In this document: positions 37,719 to 46,700 of the stretch, piece by piece
How positions within the stretch are numbered: the stretch's first letter is position 1
Layout: each line of letters starts with the position of its first letter
From: an uncultured Methylomirabilota bacterium
Lineage (GTDB): Bacteria > Methylomirabilota > Methylomirabilia > Methylomirabilales > 2-02-FULL-66-22
Assembly: GCA_963705305.1 (NCBI GenBank)
Contig: OY970067.1
Span: 5,376,001 to 5,440,000, forward strand
Direction: 5' to 3'
Length of the DNA stretch: 64,000 nucleotides
Program-made: the position numbers and the translations under genes
The notes under the pieces: generated by a model
Seen by the model: the letters and a program-made list of their open reading frames with translations, nothing else
Database searches by the model: none
Told to the model about the DNA's origin: nothing

Positions 37719-40033
37719 GACGTGCCCCCCTTCTTGGCCTCCGCCAAAGCGGCCAGCACCCGGTCCGGGGTCATCGGAAGCTGCCGGATGCGAACCCCCG
37801 TCGCGTTGAAGACGGCATTCGCGATGGCAGCCAGGGTGGGCACGAACACGGGCTCGGCGATGCCGGTCGCCGAAGTGTTGTTTCCCGCATTGGCCCCGTC
37901 GATCAAGAACGGCACGGCCTTGAACATGTCTGCCGCCCCGAGGATCTTGTAGGCCTCGAGGTTGGGATTCACCATGGTCCCCACGTTCCGGTCCAGGGTG
38001 CGCTGCTCGAGCAGGGCCCACGAGGCGCCCTGGATCTGGGCGCCGATGAGCTGGTGCTCCGCCGCCAGGGTGTTGATGGGGATCCCGCAGTTGATCGCGC
38101 CGACCATCTTGAGGACGCGGATCACGCCGGTTTCCACGTCCACCTCCACCTCTGCGAACTGCGTCGCGGCCAAGTCATCGCGGAAGCTCTCGAACTGCCG
38201 CTTGCGGTCCGCCAGGCAGCTGATCACCTCCCCCGGCATGTTTTGCGCCGCCGCGCGGAAGGCCACCTGCCGCTCCGGGTGGGCGGCCACGATGATCTTG
38301 CCGTCCACAAACTCGAGATCCTCCGGCTCGGCGTTCAGGAGGGGGGCGGCCAGAGCTGCGATCCGCATCCGGGCGTCGTGCGCCGCGAGGCGCACGGCGG
38401 GCCCCGAGGAGTTGGTCGTGGTGCTCCCGCCGGAGTTCCATCCCGGCGGGAAGCGCGTGTCGCCGACATGGACCGTCACGTCGGCGGGCCGGAGGCCCAG
38501 CTCCTCGGCCGCGATGATCGCCAGCACGGTCCGAAGGCCAGTCCCCAGGTCCTGGGCGCCATGGAACAGCTCGACGCTACCGTCCCGGTATACGTGCACC
38601 TCGGCCGCCACGGGCTCGTGGACCATGACATACCAGTTGCCGTTGGCCATCCCGATACCGCGCTTCCGGGGGCCGGGGGTGGCGCCCGGCGTCACGTTGC
38701 GGCGGTCCCAGCCGATGGCCTTGGCGCCGACGTCGTAATAGAATTTCCGGAACGGATGCGAGTCGTTCCTCCGTCGGAACTCCAGTGGATCCATCCCGAG
38801 GCGGTGCGCCAGCTCGTCCACGGCGCTCTCCAGTGCGAACGCCCCCTGCGGGTGGCCGGGCGCCCGAAGCGCGCAGGCCGGGCCCGCGTTCGTGAAGACG
38901 TCGTATTCCTCCAGCTTCACGTTGGCACAGCGCTGATAGATGTTGGCGGCAGGCCCGCCCATGCGGGAGGATCCGGCGATGCCGCCTTCCTCGTACGCGC
39001 GGAAGTGAATGGCGGTGAGGGTGCCGTCGGCCTTGGCGCCGAGCCGGACCGTGATGTGCGCGCCGGGGGCGTTGCCGGTGCAGAGCTGCTCTTCGCGGCG
39101 GCCGAGCATGAGCTTCACCGGCGCGCCCGCTGTCTTGGCGAGCCGGCAAGCGATTAGGGCAAACGCGCTCCCGACGGCCGAGGGGGACGATTTGCTTCCG
39201 AACCCGCCGCCCATGTGCTTGGTGATCACCCGAACGTTCTTCCGGGCGAGGCCGAACGCCTCGGCCAGGCCGGCCCGGACCTGAAAGACACCTTGTGTGG
39301 AGGCATAGACCGTCAGCCGGTCTCCCTCCCAGTGGGCGACGACCCCGTGCGTCTCGAGCGTGGCGTGGGTGTGGACGGCGAGGCGGTACGTGGCCTCGTG
39401 GACCGTCGCGGCCTCGGCAAACCCCTTCTCGATATCGCCCCGGCTCCCCCCACGGGTGGGCACGCTCGGCGGGGGCACGAACGGCCCGCTCACGTTCCCC
39501 CGGCGGGGGACATTCGACGGGCCGGCGGCCGGTGCCCCCGCGTACACGAGGGGCGCATTGGGGGCCATGGCCTCCTCGAGCGTGGTGACGAAGGGGGTCT
39601 CCTCATATTGCACCTCCACCAGGCGGGCCGCATCCTCCGCAATCTCTTGCGACACGGCGGCGACGGCCGCGATGTCCTGGCCCGCGAAGCGGACCATCCG
39701 CGCGTCCGTCTTCCACACCGCCTTCACGCCCGTGAGTCGCTCGGCCTTGGACGCCTCGATCCGCAGGATCTTGCCGGCGGGAATCGGCGCCCGGACCATG
39801 ACAGCCCACAGCATGCCCGGGAGCCGCACGTCATACGTGTACATGGCCCGACCGGTCACCTTCTGCGCCGCGTCCAGCCGGGGATGCCTCCCCTTCACGG
39901 TGCGGAGGCGGGAATCGTTATCCCAGGGCTGTAGGTCGTCCGGCGCCGGGTGGACCTCCAGGGTCACCGGGTCGTCGACGGGGCCGACCTTGACCTGAAA
40001 CGTGGGGCCGCTGGCGGAGTCCTGCTTGGCCAT
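37715..40033 (-). CDS. Xanthine dehydrogenase-family molybdopterin-binding subunit
   Basis: KVTGRAMYTYD, HATLETHG, STQG, GGGFGSK, LRAPGHPQG, QDLGTG, SGGSTT, EVEVDVETG, IANAVFNATGVRIRQLP. Confidence 0.95.
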   Translation of the reverse strand: MAKQDSASGPTFQVKVGPVDDPVTLEVHPAPDDLQPWDNDSRLRTVKGRHPRLDAAQKVTGRAMYTYDVRLPGMLWAVMVRAPIPAGKILRIEASKAERLTGVKAVWKTDARMVRFAGQDIAAVAAVSQEIAEDAARLVEVQYEETPFVTTLEEAMAPNAPLVYAGAPAAGPSNVPRRGNVSGPFVPPPSVPTRGGSRGDIEKGFAEAATVHEATYRLAVHTHATLETHGVVAHWEGDRLTVYASTQGVFQVRAGLAEAFGLARKNVRVITKHMGGGFGSKSSPSAVGSAFALIACRLAKTAGAPVKLMLGRREEQLCTGNAPGAHITVRLGAKADGTLTAIHFRAYEEGGIAGSSRMGGPAANIYQRCANVKLEEYDVFTNAGPACALRAPGHPQGAFALESAVDELAHRLGMDPLEFRRRNDSHPFRKFYYDVGAKAIGWDRRNVTPGATPGPRKRGIGMANGNWYVMVHEPVAAEVHVYRDGSVELFHGAQDLGTGLRTVLAIIAAEELGLRPADVTVHVGDTRFPPGWNSGGSTTTNSSGPAVRLAAHDARMRIAALAAPLLNAEPEDLEFVDGKIIVAAHPERQVAFRAAAQNMPGEVISCLADRKRQFESFRDDLAATQFAEVEVDVETGVIRVLKMVGAINCGIPINTLAAEHQLIGAQIQGASWALLEQRTLDRNVGTMVNPNLEAYKILGAADMFKAVPFLIDGANAGNNTSATGIAEPVFVPTLAAIANAVFNATGVRIRQLPMTPDRVLAALAEAKKGGTS

Positions 40034-40036
40034 GGG

Positions 40037-40140
40037 TCACCCCTTCTGCTGGGCTGCTTTTGGAACGGCCTCGAAAATGCGGGCATACGTCCCGCCTGAG
40101 AAGCGCCGTGAAGGCCTCGACGAAGCCCGGTGTAAAGTGC
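40037..40140 (-). pseudogene. Vestige of a molybdoenzyme (2Fe-2S) subunit 3' end
   Basis: Fragments read TPGFVEAFTALL and GTYARIFEAVPKAAQQKG*, ending 3 nt before the large-subunit ATG; the Cys motifs are lost. Confidence 0.6.
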
Positions 40141-40409
40141 CACGCGAGGATTCCTCGGAACGTTCTTGCCGTCAGAAGGGTTCCCCATGCAGCACCTCGT
40201 GGCTCACGGCAGCGAACCGGGTTGGGTCTCTGCCGGTCCTGATATCTTCCCCTGGAAGAGCGCTCGAATTCTATGCCCGTTGACCCCCGAAAGTCAAAAT
40301 CGAAGGGGCAGCCCCGAGCTCCGGCCAGGCGGGAGCACGGCGGGTCATCCTGTGCTGCACCCGATGAGTGAGGCGCGCCGCAGGCCGCCCCAGAAGCGCG
40401 AGAAATTCC

Positions 40410-40439
40410 TTGACACCTCCGCGATGGAGGTGGTATCCA
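40410..40439 (+). promoter_or_regulatory. Putative sigma70 promoter with a palindromic spacer
   Basis: TTGACA (40410-40415) and TGgTATCCA about 18 nt downstream; the spacer contains CACCTCC-gcgat-GGAGGTG. Confidence 0.5.
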
Positions 40440-40468
40440 TGCCTTGCCTCGAACCGGAGCGGTGTGCG

Positions 40469-40555
40469 ATGTCCAGTGCCTCTATTCGTGCTTATTACTT
40501 TTGGTTTAGCTTTGCGGGCGTCTGCCCTCTCGGCTCGAGGCGTCGGATGAGCTAA
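40469..40555 (+). CDS. Aromatic amino acid attenuator leader peptide (MSSASIRAYYFWFSFAGVCPLGSRRRMS)
   Basis: 28-aa ORF with six aromatic residues in seven codons, GGAG upstream, directly 5' of a terminator and a DAHP synthase gene. Confidence 0.85.
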   Translation: MSSASIRAYYFWFSFAGVCPLGSRRRMS

Positions 40556-40576
40556 ACCACCTCACATCCAACCACC

Positions 40577-40620
40577 AAGGGCCACGGGGCAGATGAAAGC
40601 CCCGTGGCCCTTTGTTTTTT
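40577..40620 (+). terminator. Intrinsic terminator (attenuator)
   Basis: AAGGGCCACGGGGC-agatgaaa-GCCCCGTGGCCCTT perfect 14-bp stem followed by TGTTTTTT. Confidence 0.92.
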
Positions 40621-40668
40621 CCGGGCGCGGGGCGCCGTGGCGATTCCACAGAAGGAGGACGGGGGGAG

Positions 40669-41685
40669 ATGATCATCGTCATGAAGGGCAGCGCGCAGGA
40701 AGAGGAGATCCAGCAGGTCATCCAGACGGTCGTGGAGCTGGGCTACCAGCCCCACGTGATTCGCGGCACGCAGCGAACCGTCATCGGCGCCGTCGGGGAC
40801 GAGCGCGGCAAGGCCCGCCTGCGCTCCATGGAGGCCCTCCCCGGGGTGGAGAGCGTGGTCCCCATCCTCCAACCCTTCAAGCTGGCGGGCCGGGAATTCA
40901 AGTCCACGTCCAGCGTGGTGAAGGTCCGGGACGCGGAAATCGGAGGCGACCGACTGGCGGTCATCGCCGGGCCGTGCAGCGTGGAGAACGAGGAGCAGCT
41001 CATCGAGGTCGCCCGGGCCGTCAAGGGGGCGGGTGCCACGTTGTTGCGGGGCGGCGCCTTCAAGCCCCGCACCTCCCCCTACGCGTTCCAGGGGCTCGGA
41101 GAGGAGGGCCTCCGGCTGCTGCGGGTCGCCCGCGAGGAGACCGGGCTCCCCGTCGTGACCGAGGTGCTGAGGACGGAGGACGTGGATCTGGTGGCCGAGA
41201 CCGCCGATATGATCCAGATCGGCGCCCGGAACGTGCAGAACTTCGCCCTGCTGAAACGGGCCGGCGAGGTGCGAAAGCCGGTCCTGCTCAAGCGCGGGAT
41301 GGCCACCACCATCCAGGAGTTCCTGATGGCGGCCGAGTACGTCCTCTCGGAGGGCAACTACAACGTCGTGCTTTGCGAGCGGGGCATCCGGACCTTCGAG
41401 ACGGCCACCCGCTTCACCCTGGACCTGAACGCCGTCCCGGTCATCAAGAAGCTCAGCCACCTGCCTATCATCGTGGACCCCAGCCACGGCACGGGCCACT
41501 GGGAATACGTGATCCCCATGGCCAAGGCCGGCATTGCCTGCGGGGCGGACGGGCTGATGATTGAGGTCCACGTGCGGCCCGAGATCGCGGTGAGCGACGG
41601 CGTCCAGTCGCTCAAGCCAGCGATGTTCCGCCAGCTGATCCAGGAGGTCGCGCCCTTCGCCCAAGCCGCGGGACGGAAGCTATAG
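40669..41685 (+). CDS. aroF: DAHP synthase, type I-beta, second copy
   Basis: MIIVMK start, [51 protein letters not shown]. Confidence 0.95.
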   Translation: MIIVMKGSAQEEEIQQVIQTVVELGYQPHVIRGTQRTVIGAVGDERGKARLRSMEALPGVESVVPILQPFKLAGREFKSTSSVVKVRDAEIGGDRLAVIAGPCSVENEEQLIEVARAVKGAGATLLRGGAFKPRTSPYAFQGLGEEGLRLLRVAREETGLPVVTEVLRTEDVDLVAETADMIQIGARNVQNFALLKRAGEVRKPVLLKRGMATTIQEFLMAAEYVLSEGNYNVVLCERGIRTFETATRFTLDLNAVPVIKKLSHLPIIVDPSHGTGHWEYVIPMAKAGIACGADGLMIEVHVRPEIAVSDGVQSLKPAMFRQLIQEVAPFAQAAGRKL

Positions 41686-41841
41686 CAGGCTGCTGAAAAA
41701 CCCGTTTTCGCTCAGGCTGCTCAAAAAGGCCCAGATGCAAGGCGCCGCGCGATCCGGGGCGCGAGGCGTACTTCGTGCGTACGTTGCAGCGCCGCGGGAG
41801 CGCGGCAACGCCGCAGATGGGACTTTTTCAGCAGCCTGCTA
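41683..41841. mobile_element. MITE-like element, copy 1 (159 bp)
   Basis: Perfect 18-bp inverted ends TAGCAGGCTGCTGAAAAA/TTTTTCAGCAGCCTGCTA and an internal extra copy CAGGCTGCTCAAAAA; no ORF. Confidence 0.85.
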
Positions 41842-41917
41842 GGGGCAAGACCCGGCTCCGCCGGCGCTTTTGGCCCGATGATCGCGGTCCGATGGGGGGC
41901 ACGCGCGGATGGCCGGG

Positions 41918-43690
41918 TCAGCCGGCGGCCTGTACCAGGCTCTCGTCGATCGATCTCGTCTCGGGCCGGATCGTCAGGCGGCGGTCGTGGAATCTGGCGA
42001 CGCCGGGGCGGTAGGCCACCGAGATCAGGGTGAGGTCCGGCAGGCGCTGTCGCACCAGGGCGTACAGTGCCTCCTCCGTCTGCTCGTCCAGCGCCGATGT
42101 CGCCTCGTCCATGAAAAGCCAGTCCGGCCGGTAGAGGAACACGCGCGCGAAGCCGATCCGTTGCTGCTCCCCGCCCGACAGCCCCAGCGACCAGTTGGCC
42201 TCCTCGTCCAGGCGGTCCGTCAGGTGGGGCAGCTGCGCATCGATCAGGGCCTGCCGGAGCGCCGCATCCGTGTGTCCCGCCGGCTGGTCCGGATACGCCA
42301 GAACCTCGCGCAGGGTGGCGATGGGCAGGTAGGGCTTCTGCGGAAGAAACAGCACGCGCTTTCCCTGCGGGATCGCCACCGTCCCTTTGCCGTACGGCCA
42401 GATGCCAGAGAGGGCGCGGAACAGCGTGCTCTTGCCGGCCCCGGACGGCCCGCTGACCACCACGCGATCCCCGGCCTGAATGCGCAGCGAGACGTGGTCG
42501 AGGATCGCCCGCTCGTCGGGCAGGCGCAGGGTCATGCTCTCGACGCTGAGGTCGGGGGCCGGGGTCCGGCTCACCTGGATGTCCGCCCGGGAGGCCGGCA
42601 GCCGCTTGGCCTCGATCAGCGCCTCGCCGAAGCCCATGAGCCGGTTCACGCTGGCCGACCACTGCGCGATGTCCGGATAGACCGTGACGAACCAGCTGAG
42701 CGCCGACTGCACCTGTCCGAAGGCGAAGGAGGTCTGCGTCAGCCCCCCCAGCTGGATGGCGCCCGAGAAGTAACGCGGAGCCGCCACCAGGATCGGGAAG
42801 ATGATCGCCGACTGGCTGTAGCCCGCAGTGAAGAAGGTCAACCGCATCTGGGTGTTCATCAGGCGAAACCAGGCGCGCCAGATGCCGCCGAACGACATCT
42901 TCAGCTGTTCCTCCTCGTCCGCCTCGCCCCCGTAGAATGCCACGCTCTCGGCGTTCTCCCGGATGCGGATCATGCGAAAGCGGAAGTCCGCGTTGTGCCG
43001 CTCCAGGTCGAAATTGATGCCGATGAGGGCCCGGCCGATGTAGTGGGTGAGGGTGGAGCCGAAGGCGGCATACAGGATCGCCACCCACAGCATGTAGCCG
43101 GGGATGGACAGCGCGAGCCCCGCCACGTGAAATGTCAGCGTTCCAGACAGGGTCCACAGCATGACCAGGAAAGAGACCAGGGTCAGCACCGCGTTGAGCA
43201 GCCCGATGCCGAGGTTCAGCGTCATGGTGGTGGTGATGCCGACATCGTCCTGGATGCGCTGCTCCGGGTTCTCGGCCTCGGACTTCTCGAGCTGGAGGAC
43301 GTAATACGAGCGATCGGCGAGCCAGTCCCGGTAGTACACCTCGGTGAGCCAGCGCCGCCAGCGAATCTGCAGCATCTGGTTGAAGTAGAGGGCGTAGACG
43401 GCACAAACGATGTAGACACCCGCCAGGACGGCAAACCGGACGAGCAGGTGCAAGAAATCAGGGTAGTTTCGCTCCTGCAGCGCGTTGAAGAACAATCGGT
43501 TCCAGTCCGCGAGGAGCACCATCACGTACACGGTGGCGACGTTCAGGCCGACGACCAGCAGGAGCAGCCCGCGTGCCGACCAGCGGTCCTCGGAGAACCA
43601 GTACGGCTTCATCAGGGCCCACAGCCGGACGAAATAGTTCCGCTGTCGCAGCGCAAACTGCAGGGCTGGCACATCGGGTGCGGTGCTCAT
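41918..43690 (-). CDS. ABC transporter ATP-binding/permease (YddA/BacA-like, ABCD type)
   Basis: NPEQRIQDD, ADFRFRMIRIRENAESVAFY, GPSGAGKS, FLPQKPY, LSGGEQQR, MDEATSALD. Confidence 0.92.
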   Translation of the reverse strand: MSTAPDVPALQFALRQRNYFVRLWALMKPYWFSEDRWSARGLLLLVVGLNVATVYVMVLLADWNRLFFNALQERNYPDFLHLLVRFAVLAGVYIVCAVYALYFNQMLQIRWRRWLTEVYYRDWLADRSYYVLQLEKSEAENPEQRIQDDVGITTTMTLNLGIGLLNAVLTLVSFLVMLWTLSGTLTFHVAGLALSIPGYMLWVAILYAAFGSTLTHYIGRALIGINFDLERHNADFRFRMIRIRENAESVAFYGGEADEEEQLKMSFGGIWRAWFRLMNTQMRLTFFTAGYSQSAIIFPILVAAPRYFSGAIQLGGLTQTSFAFGQVQSALSWFVTVYPDIAQWSASVNRLMGFGEALIEAKRLPASRADIQVSRTPAPDLSVESMTLRLPDERAILDHVSLRIQAGDRVVVSGPSGAGKSTLFRALSGIWPYGKGTVAIPQGKRVLFLPQKPYLPIATLREVLAYPDQPAGHTDAALRQALIDAQLPHLTDRLDEEANWSLGLSGGEQQRIGFARVFLYRPDWLFMDEATSALDEQTEEALYALVRQRLPDLTLISVAYRPGVARFHDRRLTIRPETRSIDESLVQAAG

Positions 43691-43976
43691 TCAGACGCTC
43701 CTGATCCTGGATGGGGAATGAAGGACGGGGCTCGCGTGCCGTCCGCACATCCTTGCCGGCGGATTGCCGCAAGGGATCGCCCGGGGCCATCGGATCGCCC
43801 CGCGGCCCGGAGAATCATACCAGAGCAGGGCGCCGCCGGATACCGGCGAGGCGGGGGAGACCTCGGCCCGCCGGACCCTGCGGGGCGGGTGGGCGGCGTC
43901 GGAACCGCATGGAACCCGGAAACGGGCGGAGGGACGCCGGGAGGGAATGCTGATCCGGTCCGTGGTTGCGGCGCGA

Positions 43977-44978
43977 TCAATGCGGGCGGAAATGATCCCA
44001 GCCTTTTGCCGTCAGCTCCCGGACGGCGCCGTCACGGCCCTTGAGCAGAATCCGGGCATCGCCTGTCATGACGCCGATCCGATGAAACACGCAGCCTCCC
44101 GACTGGAGGGCCCGCGCCAGGGCCTCTGCCGCTTTCTCCGGGACCGTGCCCAAGAGCACGTAGTCCTCCCCCACATGCAGGCAGAGACGCAGCGGATCCA
44201 GGCGGAACTGCTCGCAGTAGGCGCGGACCAGCGGGGACGTGGGAATGAGCGCCTCCTCGATGACGGCTCCCGTGCGGGACTCCTCGCAGATATGCCCCAG
44301 ATCCGAGGCCACGCCGTCGGAGACATCGATCAGGGCGGTGGCAAGCCGCTGGGTGGCGATGATCCGGCCTGCCCGCACGTGCGGCAGCGGGTCGTTGTGG
44401 GCGGCCAGCAGCGCTTCCTGTTCGGCATACGAGCGCTTTGTCAGAATGATGTCGAGGCCCGCCGCCGATGCCCCCACCGCTCCCGTCAGGAAGATCACGT
44501 CCCCCGGGCGGGCGCCCGACCTGTAGAGCACCTCCTCCTCCGGGGCCTCGCCGATCAGCGCCACGTTGATGACCAGGTGCTCCGGGGAGGCCGTGGTGTC
44601 TCCCCCCAGGAGATTGACCTCGAACTCCCTGGCGACGGCCTTCATCCCGTCATAGAGAGCGTCCAGGTATTCGACGTCCAGGCTCTTCGGAATGGCGATG
44701 GACACCGTCGCCTCGCGGGGGATGCCTCCCATGGCGGCGATGTCGGAGATGTTGACCGAGAGCGACTTCCTCCCCAGCGTGTACGGCGAGGCGGCATCCC
44801 GCAGGAAGTGGATGCCCTCCACCAGCATGTCCGTGGTCAGCAGGGCCACCAGATCGCCGGACATCCGGAAGACGCAGCAGTCATCGCCGATGCCTTTGAT
44901 GACGTTCTGGCTTCTGGTGAGACAGCCGACTTTGACCCTGTCGATGAACCCGAACTCTCCAATGTCCTTCAGCCTCAC
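43977..44978 (-). CDS. thiL: Thiamine-monophosphate kinase
   Basis: GEFGFI, GIGDDC, TDMLVEGIHF, NISDIAAMGG, GGDT, IDVSDG, GEDY. Confidence 0.96.
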   Translation of the reverse strand: MRLKDIGEFGFIDRVKVGCLTRSQNVIKGIGDDCCVFRMSGDLVALLTTDMLVEGIHFLRDAASPYTLGRKSLSVNISDIAAMGGIPREATVSIAIPKSLDVEYLDALYDGMKAVAREFEVNLLGGDTTASPEHLVINVALIGEAPEEEVLYRSGARPGDVIFLTGAVGASAAGLDIILTKRSYAEQEALLAAHNDPLPHVRAGRIIATQRLATALIDVSDGVASDLGHICEESRTGAVIEEALIPTSPLVRAYCEQFRLDPLRLCLHVGEDYVLLGTVPEKAAEALARALQSGGCVFHRIGVMTGDARILLKGRDGAVRELTAKGWDHFRPH

Positions 44979-45661
44979 CGGCTTTCACCTCCCCCCTGCC
45001 CGTCTTCGCCGTGCACCGGCCGCCGGGCCCTCCGGATCTCCGTCTTGATGGCCTCGGCGGCAGCCCGCGGATCCGGGCGGGAGCAGATGGCGGATACCAC
45101 CGCCACCCCGTCGAGCCCGGCCCTGATCCCTTCGAAGGCGTTGCTCTCGTTCAGCCCCCCGATGCCCACCAGGGGGATTGCCACCGCGGCCCGGATGCGC
45201 GAGATCCCCTCCAAGCCGATCTGCTCCGTCAGCTCCGGCTTGGTCGGGGTGGTGAAGATGGGCGAGAGGCCCAGGTAGTTCGCCCCCTCGCCCTCCGCCT
45301 GCCTGGCCTCCTCCGGCGTGAAGACAGAGGCGCCGAGAATTTTCCCGTCCCCCAGGATCCGCCTGGCCACCGCGACCGGGACGTCGTCCTGACCGACATG
45401 CACCCCGTCCGCATCCAGCGCCAGGGCAATGTCGAGGCGGTCATTGATGATGAGCGGAACGCCGCGCACGGCCAGGAATCCCCGGATCTCGAGGCCCTCC
45501 CGGTAGAAGGCCCTGGCGGTGGCCTCCTTTTCCCGGAGCTGCACCACGCTCACCCCGCCTGCCACCGCGGCGCGGATCACGTCCAAGGTGCTCCGCCCCA
45601 GGGACAGGCTCCTGTCCGTGACAAGATACAGGGAGTAATCGATGGGGCGCTTCTCCCGCAT
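44975..45661 (-). CDS. thiE: Thiamine-phosphate synthase
   Basis: LYLVTD, VQLREK, IINDR, GVHVGQDD, TPTK, IGG, AVVSAI. Confidence 0.96.
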   Translation of the reverse strand: MREKRPIDYSLYLVTDRSLSLGRSTLDVIRAAVAGGVSVVQLREKEATARAFYREGLEIRGFLAVRGVPLIINDRLDIALALDADGVHVGQDDVPVAVARRILGDGKILGASVFTPEEARQAEGEGANYLGLSPIFTTPTKPELTEQIGLEGISRIRAAVAIPLVGIGGLNESNAFEGIRAGLDGVAVVSAICSRPDPRAAAEAIKTEIRRARRPVHGEDGQGGGESR

Positions 45662-45727
45662 GGTGTCCCGCCCGTCTCTTCTCCGCCTTTGGCGGATTGC
45701 CCCCGGCCGCCCGACCAAAATGCCGGC

Positions 45728-46534
45728 CTATTCGGCGCTGCGCTCCAGGCGGGCATGCTCCTGAAACTCCCGGGGCGTCATGCGGTACAGGGCGTCGAGC
45801 AAGGCAACGCTGAAAGAGCCAGGGGCATCGGCCCGGCGGGCGGCGAGCTCGCCGGCCAGGCCGAAAAAGGCCAGGCCGGCCGCCGCCGCTTCCAGGGGAT
45901 CGGACGTGACCGCGGCAAACGCCGCAACGGTGGCGGTGGCGGCACATCCGGTCCCGGTGATCGAGCCCAGCAGCGGATGGCCGTTCCGGCAGCGGACGAC
46001 GATCTTCCCGTCGGTGATCACGTCCACCGCCCCGGTGATGGCGACCACGGCGCCGATCCGCCGGGCCATTGCCTTGGCGGTGTCGACGGCCTGGTCCACA
46101 CCATGGGCGGAATCCACCCCCTTCGTTTTGACGGAATCCGAGGCGATGGAAAGGACCTCGGACGGATTGCCGCGAATGACCGCCAGCCTCAGGTCGCGGG
46201 TCATCATTCGAAAGGTCTCGGTGCGCATGGAGGTCGCCCCCGACCCCACCGGATCCAGCACGATGGGCACGCCGACGGCATTGGCCTTCCGTCCCGCCTT
46301 GAGCATCGCTTCCACCCAGTGCTCGGAAAGCGTCCCGATGTTGATGACCAGGGCCCCGGCGAGGGACACCATCTCCTCGACCTCCCCGGCCGCGTGGGCC
46401 ATGACCGGGGAGGCCCCCATGGCCAAGAGCGTGTTGGCGGTGAAGTGCATCACCACGTAGTTGGTGATGTTGTGCACCAGCGGCCGCCGCGCCCTGAGGG
46501 ATTCCAAGAGCGGCGCCAATGCGAACTCAGACAT
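45728..46534 (-). CDS. thiM: Hydroxyethylthiazole kinase
   Basis: PLVHNITNYV, ANTLLAMGASPVM, NIGTL, LDPVG, RGNPSE, TGTGC. Confidence 0.96.
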   Translation of the reverse strand: MSEFALAPLLESLRARRPLVHNITNYVVMHFTANTLLAMGASPVMAHAAGEVEEMVSLAGALVINIGTLSEHWVEAMLKAGRKANAVGVPIVLDPVGSGATSMRTETFRMMTRDLRLAVIRGNPSEVLSIASDSVKTKGVDSAHGVDQAVDTAKAMARRIGAVVAITGAVDVITDGKIVVRCRNGHPLLGSITGTGCAATATVAAFAAVTSDPLEAAAAGLAFFGLAGELAARRADAPGSFSVALLDALYRMTPREFQEHARLERSAE

Positions 46535-46700
46535 GACCTTTCTCCACTCGACACCGCCGTATCGGCGAGAGCAGGCTGCGCGCACCGCCGCGGCTTGCCA
46601 TCGACCGCCCTCCGAAGCCGGGAGATCCCAGCCTCCGGCTGCCGGGGATCGACCGCCCCCGCTCGTCCGCAGGCGGCTGCCCGTCCACCGGCCGCCCGCC

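Noticed and set aside
41683..41841. The MITE-like repeats as REP substrates of the Y1 transposase at 33846-34841
   Set aside because: They share no sequence with the 28-bp repeats flanking that gene, and their TIR plus CTAG boundaries fit DDE-type elements better.
46535..46700. TPP riboswitch upstream of thiM-thiE-thiL
   Set aside because: The conserved CTGAGA...ACCTGA core was not found on the coding strand.
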